DNA from: Minisyncoccia bacterium
Lineage (GTDB): Bacteria; Patescibacteriota; Minisyncoccia; Phycocordibacterales; DATDWN01
Assembly: GCA_049297675.1 (NCBI GenBank)
Contig: JBAQUS010000015.1
Location: 1,414 to 65,413, forward strand
Length of the DNA stretch: 64,000 nucleotides
Reading direction: 5' to 3'
The notes beneath the pieces are model-generated. The model was not told the DNA's origin and did not search any database. It worked only from the letters and a program-made list of their open reading frames with translations. This document shows positions 8,311-18,100 of the stretch, one piece after another. The first letter of the stretch is position 1, and every line of letters starts with the position of its first letter. Position numbers and translations under genes: made by a program.

Positions 8311-9105
8311 CTAGTAATAGATTTCAATATTTCTTTTATGTCCATCGTAAGTTTTTGAGCAATGTATCTTACCCCGCTTATCGTGTAAGTAATAAATGCA
8401 GTTGGTTGCAATAGGGTTATATGCCGCCTCAATTGCGGCTAAACCTGGGTTGGCTATGGGTGATGGTGGAAGGCCTTTATTTGCATAGGTGTTATAAGGA
8501 GAATTTATACTTTTATCTTTTGGATCTACTCGTCCCCACCAACCATCCTCTTCACTACCTTTAGCGTATTGCAGAGTGGCATCCATCTGCAGTTTCATTC
8601 CGTTAAAGAGTCTATTCCAAATTATTCCTGAAATAAGTTTCATATCATTTTTTCCTCCTGACTCTCTTTGGATGATTGATGCGATTTTTAAGGCTGTGTC
8701 AGGGTTAGTAATTTTGCTTGATTTAGTTTTCTTTACCTTGGCGGTCTGTTTTGTAAATTCATTTATCATTGTAGACGTTACAGCTATAGGTTTCTCATCT
8801 TTGTGAATCATATAGGTGTTAGGAAAATATTGTCCCTCCAAATTTCCTGTGTTCAAGGCAAGATGGGCGTTTATGAAAGTACTTTTCTCAAATTTATCCC
8901 AGCCAAGTTTGCTACCTAAAATTTCGGCCAACTCCTCCTTTCTTAGACCCTCTTGGATTTTAATGATTTTAATGGAGGGGTTAGCTAAGTTCTCATAAAA
9001 AGAGAAAGATAAAAGAACTTTCGGATCAAAACCGTAGTAATAAACAGTTGTTAGGAGGAGAGAGATGGAAAGAAATATGACGGTCAAAGCATGCCTGATT
9101 TTCAT
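8311..9105 (-). CDS. mltG: endolytic murein transglycosylase MltG (YceG family)
   Basis: 'YNTYANKGLPPSPIANPGLAAIEAA' is the YceG signature. I set the start at the internal Met (MKIRHALTVIFL..., the TM segment). The track ORF extends to 9171. Confidence 0.75.
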   Translation of the reverse strand: MKIRHALTVIFLSISLLLTTVYYYGFDPKVLLSFSFYENLANPSIKIIKIQEGLRKEELAEILGSKLGWDKFEKSTFINAHLALNTGNLEGQYFPNTYMIHKDEKPIAVTSTMINEFTKQTAKVKKTKSSKITNPDTALKIASIIQRESGGKNDMKLISGIIWNRLFNGMKLQMDATLQYAKGSEEDGWWGRVDPKDKSINSPYNTYANKGLPPSPIANPGLAAIEAAYNPIATNCIYYLHDKRGKIHCSKTYDGHKRNIEIYY

Positions 9106-9139
9106 TGACCTAATTCTATCATTTTTTATGCTCGAAACA

Positions 9140-9168
9140 AACATTTGGCAACTTAGTTGCCAAATGTT
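9140..9168. repeat. 13-bp-stem palindrome aacatttggcaac-tta-gttgccaaatgtt
   Basis: The 19-nt core ttggcaacttagttgccaa recurs at 46429-46447. Confidence 0.6.
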
Positions 9169-9194
9169 CAAAGGGAAATTATAATGCCTTTACT

Positions 9195-9419
9195 ATGTCA
9201 ATGAAATCATTTTTTATGCGTAAGATGTTATCTAGTCAACTGAAAGGTGTTCCAGAAGCACAGCAAGAAAAGCTTGTTGGTATGGTAGAAAAAAATCCAG
9301 ATTTTTTTCAGAAAATTGCTATTGAAGTCCAAGAGGAGATGAAGAAGGGCAAAGATCAAATGTCTGCCACTATGGAGGTTGTCAAAAGGCACGAAAGTGA
9401 ACTAAAAAATATAATGTAA
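9195..9419 (+). CDS. hypothetical small protein
   Basis: 74-aa ORF. Charged and helical in character. Confidence 0.4.
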   Translation: MSMKSFFMRKMLSSQLKGVPEAQQEKLVGMVEKNPDFFQKIAIEVQEEMKKGKDQMSATMEVVKRHESELKNIM

Positions 9420-9427
9420 AAGTGAAA

Positions 9428-9450
9428 GGCCACAGGTTTACCCTGTGGCC
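9428..9450. terminator. bidirectional terminator hairpin ggccacagg-tttac-cctgtggcc
   Basis: Perfect 9-bp stem between convergent genes. The T-run is on the minus-strand side. Confidence 0.6.
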
Positions 9451-9453
9451 TGG

Positions 9454-10068
9454 TCAATTGGTACTAGAGTAGCTCGGCCAAACTGTGATATGAAAAACCG
9501 CCTGACCAAATTCCTCCGTAGCATCAATGAGACCTGCTTTCTCGAGAAGAAGAAATTTCCTTCGTAGCCATTTTACCTCAGGCTTGGATAGGTTCTTCTT
9601 CGCGATGTCTACAGTGGTACCAGCGAAGTGGAGTGATCTTCTTTCCCCATATGCTGGAGCAGCGTTTCGGTTTCTCTCAACTAGGATGATCTCTAGCTGT
9701 CTAGCAACTGTCCTGACAGATGAATTTACTTGCAAGCAGTGTCCAAACGTCTCATCGAACTCAGAGCCGAGATCACTTAGGAAATAAACAGTCCAAGGGA
9801 CTGCCCATCTCCACATACGGTCTAGTTTGTAATCAACACAAACTGCTTGGGGAAGGGGGAGAAGAAGCTTAAATATGATGAGTTGCTTTAGATGGTTGTT
9901 GTCAACAACTCTGACGATACCACTTTCATCAACTGTCTTATTCAGTCTTGTCTCTGTCTCTCTGCTTCCTGCAAGAGTTGGTGTTTCGGACCTTTTAGTC
10001 GGCGAAGTGCCGTGAGTCAGATTGGGCAAAAGAATGACCGAAATGAGCAACAGACAGGGGAGTCTCAC
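9454..10068 (-). CDS. secreted hypothetical protein (possible M15/VanY-like peptidase fold)
   Basis: Signal peptide. 'SLHFAGTTVD' resembles the VanY 'SxHxxGxAxD' motif. The gene is more GC-rich than its surroundings. Confidence 0.45.
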   Translation of the reverse strand: MRLPCLLLISVILLPNLTHGTSPTKRSETPTLAGSRETETRLNKTVDESGIVRVVDNNHLKQLIIFKLLLPLPQAVCVDYKLDRMWRWAVPWTVYFLSDLGSEFDETFGHCLQVNSSVRTVARQLEIILVERNRNAAPAYGERRSLHFAGTTVDIAKKNLSKPEVKWLRRKFLLLEKAGLIDATEEFGQAVFHITVWPSYSSTN

Positions 10069-10507
10069 TCACCCTCCTTTCTAAGTTCATTATATCACTT
10101 TTTGAAACTGAAGTTTTAATGTATAGTAGACAATTATGTCAAAGCTAGCAATCGGTATGGAGAGAACACAAGACAACACGGCAATACGGCCATCCCATTT
10201 GAATTTAAGGTAAAAATCCCTTCACCTATGAAGACAGGGGTGGATTATGGTTTTAAAAAGGGTGAAAAGTGGATTTTCAGAAAAGTCTCAGAATAATAAA
10301 AGAATATGTTAGTAAGAAATATCGTCAATACCGTCAGTATCGCTCCAAAAATAGCGGTATGACGATGATGACGATATTTCTTGTACACTTTTCTAGTGTA
10401 AAGTTGTGTGTTTTTAGAATACCGTTGAAAATAATAGAAAGTTGTGGATAAAGTATTTTGAATTTTATGTGAAGATTGTTATAATATCAAAGAACTTTTA
10501 TTTTCTA

Positions 10508-13500
10508 ATGAAAATTTCACCCACAAAAAGTGGTGGAAGTGAGAACGCTATTAAAAAAGCGACGATAAGTGTTTTACTTGCGTCGCTTATTTTATCTCCT
10601 GTAGTGCAAATATACGCACAAGAAATAAATTCAGATGTGTCCACAAGTACAGCGATTGTCGATGATACAGATTCATTAAATAGTGCTTCAACTACAACCC
10701 CTAATACAGATGTAATAATCACTGACCCTACACCACAAGTCGATACTCCCCCTGAACCTACAGGTGATGCTGTGATAGAAAATCATAGTTCCACGTCAAC
10801 TCCAGAAGAAGATTTAGAGCTAGTACCAGCTATCCCTATTGATGAATCTTTATCGACTACCAACATTTCGACTTCAACAGAAGTGGTCCAAGAGGAAACT
10901 TCTAAAAAAGAACCGAAAGAAAAAACACTATTTAAAAAAGATAATAGTAAATCTCAAGCAGAACAACTTAGTGCAGTTCGCCAACATTTAATAGATCAAG
11001 AATTGCCACAAAATATTATAGATCGTCTGGATGCATATGAAAAACGACAAGAAGAAGGTCCAAAAGAAGATGGAATTTTAAAAAAGGTATTCAATTTTTT
11101 TACAGGCAACACAGATTCAGACAAAGAACAGAAAAGAGTTGAGAAGTTAGCAAAAAAACAGCCATTTAAAGTAGAAGGATTTGATGGAAACATACGTACG
11201 GCAAATGAGTCAGCATTTGAAGAGTTATTTCCTAATCAAAAAGAGCAAAGTACAGGTTTGTTGAAAAGGATAAAAAACTTTATCAAGAATGGATCGACGG
11301 AAAACATAAATTTTGATGGAACTGAGGATGTAAAACCACTCTCATGGCTTATTGCTACAAAAGCAATAGCACAAGCAAGTTCTAATCCAAATGATTATCT
11401 TGCTGAAGGAGGTGAAATAACTTTCTCTCAAGCGATACAGGACCAAGCAGAAGATCTTAACAATGATCCACTTACAATTCTTAACTTTGTTCGTAATGAT
11501 ATAGAATACGTTCCATATTATGGTTCAAAGAAAGGTGCTGATGCAACGCTTATTGAACGTGCAGGAAACGATATGGATAAGGCGTCACTCCTTATTTCCA
11601 TGCTCCGTGATAGTAATATCCCAGCTCGATATCGTCATGTTGATATTCAGACTGACCTCAGTACAGTTATTGATTTATTAGGTGTTAATTCTGCCATTGC
11701 TGCAGCAGAAATGCTCTCACTTCATGATATTCCTTACATTCTTTTTACAGATGAGAATGGAGCCCCTCTATTTTTTGTCATTGAACATACTTATGTCGAA
11801 GCGTATATGCAGTATGGTTATAGTCGAGGTGCAAATCCAAATGATGGAGGACCATCACAATGGGTACCAATGGATCCAACTATCAATACATACTACTATG
11901 AACAGCCTATAGATATCATAGGTGGAATGAAAGATGAAGATTTTGATGCAGAAGATTTTTTCGATAACTATTTAGATGGAGATTATGGCACTACCACAGA
12001 ACCACTAGCTGCCTTTAAAGAAGAAGTTGAAGCCTATTTAGCTACTAGTTCACCAGAATATTATTCAGGACTAACATATAATGATGCGTTGATGCGTTCT
12101 TATCCTAGAAATCAAAACCTCTCCTTTGTTCCAGGAACGCTTCCGTATCATGTTGCTGCAGACCTAAATACCTATGACTATCTTCCGACTTCACTTCGTC
12201 ATACTATTGAATTTACCGTAAATGATGATGAGGAAACTCAAATACTTAATTACACAGCATACGTATCCGATCTCGCTGATAAAGAGATACTTGTTACTTT
12301 TGATGCTGCTACCGCGGGAGATCAAACCACAATCAATTCTTTTGGTAGTATTTATGATGTTGTGCCACTCTCACTTGTTGCTGTTTATACAAAAATAAAA
12401 ATAAACGGTACTAATTTTGCTACAAGTACTGCAACTACTACTTTAGGACAATTACAAAACTATACGATGGAATTTGGGGTACCGATTCGGGAAATAGGTG
12501 GTTCTATTAGTTCTAGCATCATTAATACTGTTGATAGAGATGTTATTGCAGGGAACACTGATGCTATTGCACTTGATACTGATCGAATACTGTCTCCTGA
12601 ATTTAGACCTGAAGAAGATACAGAAACTACAAGTTTTGTCGGGAATCAAGTTCTGTATAAAACTGCGTTAGACTACCTTCAACGTCTTGAAAACACGCAA
12701 GGAGAACTCGCTTCTATTGTGGGATCTGATTTTACTGATGTAGCTACAAGAGCAACTATTTTTAATGGCATCGAAGTCACATATAGTCTTGGAGAGCCGT
12801 ATTCTTTTGATTGGAATGGACTTCGTATAGATTCATCCTCATTTGTCAGGTATTTTAGTAGATTCAACGACAGTATTGATACATACAAAAAAGAATTTAC
12901 ATCAGTATTTGGACTTCAAGGTTCACAAGATGAATCAGATATTTTCGAGGATAATTTCAATGTTGAATCAGTAGCTACAGTAAAGGGTTTAAAACTCGTT
13001 GCTGACGGAGCTTTTGGAGGAGTTACGCTTCATAAGATTACACAAGCAAACGAAAATGATATAGACACACTTTCAGTTTCTACTAGCACAAGAAATATTT
13101 TTCATACTGCTGTAGATGATGGAAAAACTGTCTATACTCCTTCTGCACCATTTACTTATGAAGATTGGACTGGGCTCGTGTACATTACTATTGATTTTGA
13201 TGAGGGTGTAGCGGGATATATTATAGGGGAAGGACTTAACGGAGGATATACAGTTGAGCAATTTCCAGCAGGATGGTCAAACTTCTTTATTAATATAGGT
13301 GGGTCGTTTTCAACTCTAACAGCAAATATAATTACTCCGACCAACGACCAAAATTTCATTCAGAGTTCTGTGACCACAATACCTTGGAGAGTTCAGTACA
13401 CTGCTACTTTCAACGGTACACCGATCTCTGGATGGGAAGATAATTTGTCACTTCCAACTTATGCGTTTCCAACAGGTTCAGTTACACTTCGATCTGGATA

Positions 13501-14368
13501 TGGAACTGCTGATAGCGTGAATGTGCAAATTGTAACGAGATCTTTGGGGAGTAAGAACTCTGTGTTAGGCAACACCTATCCGGGATTTGACGACATTTTC
13601 TTCAATTACTCAGATACATATGACATTCCTGCTGATCTTCTAAAATCAATGGCATTCCAAGAGTCGTGTTGTGTGTATGATGATACTTTTAAACAGAAAA
13701 TCTTTGATCCTAATGCATATCGCTATGAAGCTCATAAAGATTATGATTGGTATTCGGGTCCATTTCAGGATGCCGAGGATCGTATTAAGAGACATCCCGA
13801 CTGGCACTTTGCGATAGGTGGTACTGCTCTTCATGGATCGGTCACGCAAGGTAATCAAGCACCTTCGGTTTCTGAATATCGGGAATGGGGTTTCCATATG
13901 GGCGGTCACTCGAAAACCGGGCTTGTTGTTCCTGGTACTGATAAGCCAACCGCTCAGCAACTTCTTGAGCGTTATCAAGATGGAAACTGGATCAAATATA
14001 AAGGGCCTAGTGAGGATTGGAACTTTACTGCACAGCTTCTTCTAGCTTCAAGCTACGGGATGTTGCAGGCGATGTATGAAACTGCACTTACCCGAATGGT
14101 GACGCTGGGGCTTGAAACGAAAGTTACGGGAGGTGGGGCACAGAGCGTTCCCGAAGCGAATGTTCCGATTCAACAGCTCTTTAATGCTGATTTCAGTGTG
14201 AAAATAGGGGCAGGATACTTAAAGCATCAATACGATAGTAACAACCAAAATTGGTTTGAGGCCTTAAAAGCCTACAACGGTGGTGGTCCAGCCGCAGAAC
14301 AATATGCAACAGAAGTTCTTGACCGCTGGAACAGTGGTAACGGTATGTTCAAGGAAATTATTGAATAA
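10508..14368 (+). CDS. large secreted protein with a transglutaminase-like (Cys to Asp pseudo-active site) domain and a C-terminal lytic transglycosylase (SLT) domain
   Basis: Signal peptide starts at the Met at 10508. 'ERAGNDMDKASLLISMLRDSNIPARY' is the TGase core with Cys replaced. 'MAFQES...GLLQAMYETA...AYNGG' carries the SLT motifs. Confidence 0.7.
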   Translation: MKISPTKSGGSENAIKKATISVLLASLILSPVVQIYAQEINSDVSTSTAIVDDTDSLNSASTTTPNTDVIITDPTPQVDTPPEPTGDAVIENHSSTSTPEEDLELVPAIPIDESLSTTNISTSTEVVQEETSKKEPKEKTLFKKDNSKSQAEQLSAVRQHLIDQELPQNIIDRLDAYEKRQEEGPKEDGILKKVFNFFTGNTDSDKEQKRVEKLAKKQPFKVEGFDGNIRTANESAFEELFPNQKEQSTGLLKRIKNFIKNGSTENINFDGTEDVKPLSWLIATKAIAQASSNPNDYLAEGGEITFSQAIQDQAEDLNNDPLTILNFVRNDIEYVPYYGSKKGADATLIERAGNDMDKASLLISMLRDSNIPARYRHVDIQTDLSTVIDLLGVNSAIAAAEMLSLHDIPYILFTDENGAPLFFVIEHTYVEAYMQYGYSRGANPNDGGPSQWVPMDPTINTYYYEQPIDIIGGMKDEDFDAEDFFDNYLDGDYGTTTEPLAAFKEEVEAYLATSSPEYYSGLTYNDALMRSYPRNQNLSFVPGTLPYHVAADLNTYDYLPTSLRHTIEFTVNDDEETQILNYTAYVSDLADKEILVTFDAATAGDQTTINSFGSIYDVVPLSLVAVYTKIKINGTNFATSTATTTLGQLQNYTMEFGVPIREIGGSISSSIINTVDRDVIAGNTDAIALDTDRILSPEFRPEEDTETTSFVGNQVLYKTALDYLQRLENTQGELASIVGSDFTDVATRATIFNGIEVTYSLGEPYSFDWNGLRIDSSSFVRYFSRFNDSIDTYKKEFTSVFGLQGSQDESDIFEDNFNVESVATVKGLKLVADGAFGGVTLHKITQANENDIDTLSVSTSTRNIFHTAVDDGKTVYTPSAPFTYEDWTGLVYITIDFDEGVAGYIIGEGLNGGYTVEQFPAGWSNFFINIGGSFSTLTANIITPTNDQNFIQSSVTTIPWRVQYTATFNGTPISGWEDNLSLPTYAFPTGSVTLRSGYGTADSVNVQIVTRSLGSKNSVLGNTYPGFDDIFFNYSDTYDIPADLLKSMAFQESCCVYDDTFKQKIFDPNAYRYEAHKDYDWYSGPFQDAEDRIKRHPDWHFAIGGTALHGSVTQGNQAPSVSEYREWGFHMGGHSKTGLVVPGTDKPTAQQLLERYQDGNWIKYKGPSEDWNFTAQLLLASSYGMLQAMYETALTRMVTLGLETKVTGGGAQSVPEANVPIQQLFNADFSVKIGAGYLKHQYDSNNQNWFEALKAYNGGGPAAEQYATEVLDRWNSGNGMFKEIIE

Positions 14369-14372
14369 ATAT

Positions 14373-15128
14373 ATGTTTAAGAATACTAAATTAACATTAA
14401 TTATATTAGGAATACTTATTCTGGGACTCCTTTTCCTTTGGTCAGCACAGAATGGCATTAATGATAACAACAATCAATCCGTTAGTGGAGGACACGATTA
14501 CACAAGAACTGGTTTGATTGAGTTTATTACTCAAACCGATGGAGAAGGATATCGTCGCTTTTCATTAACCGATGAAGGACATAAGAATTTAATTATTACC
14601 TTCTACCAAAATGAACGGGGCTCGACTGTGGCGGAAAGAGATCGTAGAGGAGTCTTAGTATTCCAGAACCAACCTTCAGGAGAAGTAAAATTGTTATGGG
14701 AGAGCAACGATAAGATCACGGCAGCTATACCTATTCTAGGCACCTTAGATTTAACTGGAGATGGGGTAAAAGAAATTCTAGCTTTGTGGCAAACAGGATA
14801 TAGCGAAGGTCTCTACATTTACAAGTACAATGGAGTCGGATTTGATATGATTACTCCATATTTAGATTCAAAGAGTCCGTACGGCAAAGGCAGCCACTAT
14901 CTTGGCTTTGGTGGAGAAGATAGTCTCACTAAAATAGTTGATGTTGATAAAGATGGTGTCCCAGAAATAACTTTCCCATTTCTTTTGAATCAAGGGGGTG
15001 GAATAACGTATCACGCATACAAATGGGATGGCTCAAAATATTTCCTCTGGAAAGAGCAAGAAACACCCTTCACCTCAGATGGTCGTGATGAGTTCTCTGT
15101 TGTTTACGTCATAGATCGTATTGAATAA
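14373..15128 (+). CDS. membrane-anchored hypothetical protein
   Basis: Start at the internal Met just before the TM segment. It shares a 'DLTGDGVKEIL' motif with the 20619 gene. Confidence 0.5.
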   Translation: MFKNTKLTLIILGILILGLLFLWSAQNGINDNNNQSVSGGHDYTRTGLIEFITQTDGEGYRRFSLTDEGHKNLIITFYQNERGSTVAERDRRGVLVFQNQPSGEVKLLWESNDKITAAIPILGTLDLTGDGVKEILALWQTGYSEGLYIYKYNGVGFDMITPYLDSKSPYGKGSHYLGFGGEDSLTKIVDVDKDGVPEITFPFLLNQGGGITYHAYKWDGSKYFLWKEQETPFTSDGRDEFSVVYVIDRIE

Positions 15129-18100
15129 TATGAAAAAAAATATCTTTTCAAAAATACTCACAGGATTTCTACTTATAAGTCTTTTGTTGTCTCCCATTGC
15201 TCCTGTTTTTGCACAGACCTCAAACAACGATCTTTTAAAGAAAACCCCTCTTGAAGAAGTAATAGATATACCAAAAGTTATTATTAGTAAAGATATTATT
15301 TCAGACTTGTCGCTTGTAGATTGGACCCAAAAGATAGAGGTGAAAGGTAAGGAAGTAGAACTCAGTTCAAAAGAAAGTCTTGAAGTACTCGATTTACCTT
15401 CAGAGATTAAAAATTTTGTTGAGATGTATAGAGGAGATATTGATGCAATCAATGGAACGATTTTTATGCTTCCGTCCACAAAAGCTGATAAGAAAAAGCA
15501 CATTACCGAGGCTCTTCAGTATAGTATTGCAAAAAATCTCATTGAAAAAGGCCAACTTCCTGCTAATTACTTTGAACTTAAAATAAAAGGCCTCGTACAA
15601 TCGACAGATCATATAATTAATATTGAAAAAGATTCTGGTAAACAACTAAATGCTGAAGATGCAGTGCCAATTGATGCAACTCCTAAAGCCGTAATTACGA
15701 ATGTGAGAAATATAGATGCTCAAACTAAGAAAAAAGAAAGTGAGACTTCTATTATTGGGTCTGCATGGAAAGCAGTTACTGGTGCTGTTTCAGATGTTAC
15801 GGGTTTTATCGGAGACCAGCTGTCTCATGTACAGGATGTATCTGAGAGTATCATAGCTAACGTGAGTTCGGCTACTTCTCCAAAGGGAGAATTTATCAAG
15901 AACGAACATGATGCAAAGGCGTGGAGAAAATATCTTGATGAACGAGTCGAGTATTTAAAGACGCAGAATAATTTACCTGCATATGTACTTGAAAAAGCTG
16001 TAGAAGGTCAAAACAAGTTTGAGAATTATCTAATACAAAAGGAATATATAACTGAACCGGGTGGAGAAGTAAGGTCACCCGGTATATCGTTTGGTGGTGT
16101 TTTCAAAAATACAATGAGATGGCTTTTTGCTTTAGTCTTGCCTGAAAAAGCATACGCATATATTTTTGGTAGTGAGGATTTTGAGACATGTAGCTCTCTG
16201 CCGTGTTCATTTGAAGATAATGGTGCATGGGGAAGCGTGACACCGTCACTTGATCACGGTAGCATAGTTTCTGGTGTTGATTCTCTGAAAGAAATAGTGA
16301 CTGGTGAAGGAGGAGGAAGTTTGGGCATGGATGGATTTTCAACGAATGATATACGAGTCCAATTTAAAGTATGGATACCTAATCCGACAACATGGGGTGT
16401 TTCCGGTTACTTTAGTGTCTTGATATTACAGGACAGTAGTAATGCAAACACCGTGTGGTTTAACGTGGAAGATTGGGGTACACCTCGTCTTACTGTTGCA
16501 GGTGATGTGCTTAGTTATACAAATACCGGCATTGATCTAGTTCCAGGTGCAGTTAATACAATTGAAGCTCGTATTAAAATTGGATCATCAACAGGTGATG
16601 TTGATATTTGGTTAAACAATACTACTGAGGGATCTCCTAACTATAATGGAAGCGGAACTATGAACACTGGTACAGATAATATTGACGCAGTGCTTGCCGG
16701 GCTCGTTTATGCTCCAGAAAATGGAATCTCAACGACTTACTTCGATGACATTATTGTAAACAACGCATTTATAGGTGCTGGTATAACTAATACTAGTCCT
16801 TCAGCTCCGACAAACATACTCACAGAAGGTCAGACTAACCCTACAAATGTTAATGACAGTACTCCAGAATTTTCAGCTATCTATGTTGATTCTGATACAG
16901 GAGACTTAGCAAATAAATATCGTCTTCAAGTTTCAACTTCAACTACTTTTTCTACTATAAAATGGGATTCAGGTACAACCACGATGGCGACAACTACTGC
17001 TGGATATAGAAGCCCAGACATTATTTACGGTGGTTCATCTCTTGCTACAAGCACTACCTACTACTCCCGCATTTTGTTTATAGATGATGGTAACGCCGCA
17101 GGCGCATGGAGTACAGCTACCTCCACTTTTATTCTTGGGACAGTAGAGGGTAACAGCACAAGTACACAAGCTGCACTTCAATATCTTATTAATAATCAAA
17201 ATGACGATGGATCATGGGGCAGTGCTACAACTACATTTACTACGACGGTTGCAGTAGTTGATGCTCTTGACGCGTATGGAGAAACTGGTACCTCATACCA
17301 GAACGGTATCGATTGGCTTGAAGATTATATTGTTGATAATAATGATTATCTTGCTCAACAAACCGAACTCTTGGCTAGAGCAGGTCAAGGTACGACTACT
17401 TCGACTACACTAGCTAATGCTCTCGATAAATCTACTGGAGGTTTTGTATTCGATCGCAGTTATCAAAGTGATCCAGCAACTACCGCAAAAGCCCTGCAAG
17501 CGCTTATTGAAGCGGAGTATGAAGATCCAGGAGCCAATCCCGATCTTACTGTTTTACTTGGACTGTATTATCTCACACAAACGCAGAGGTTCGATGAAGG
17601 GTGGAGTGCTTTTAATGGTGGTGTAAGTTCTATACCTATAACAAGTGAAGTCGTGGAGGCACTTCTCCCATATAAAGGTCAAACATTAACAGGTTTTGAA
17701 TCGTCCTCGATTGCCATTAATGACACCCTTAATCCTGCATTAGCATCTCTTAAAGCTACACAATTATCGAATGGCACATGGGATAATAACCTTCTTAATA
17801 CTGCAATTGCTTTTTATACTCTCAAAAAATCAAAAACAGCTGCAACATATGCTTATGAAACAGTTTCTTATTTGGAAGGTGCTCAAGCGGGAAATGGAAG
17901 TTTTGGTGGTGGTAATTTATATACAACCGCACTAGTTCTCAGGGCGCTTGTAATCCCTGAAGCTACACTCGGAAACCTTGTTATTGAAGATATAGTACCA
18001 CTTACTTCGCTACAAAATGCCTCATCATCTTCAATAAGGATTGATATAACAAACAATGGAGATGCGGTGGTTGATACTGGCATACTTAATATAGTGGCCG

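Noticed and set aside
10269-10451. 60-aa ORF upstream of the TGase/SLT giant gene
   Set aside because: It lies in the promoter/leader region, has low complexity, and overlaps the track's over-extended start of the large gene.
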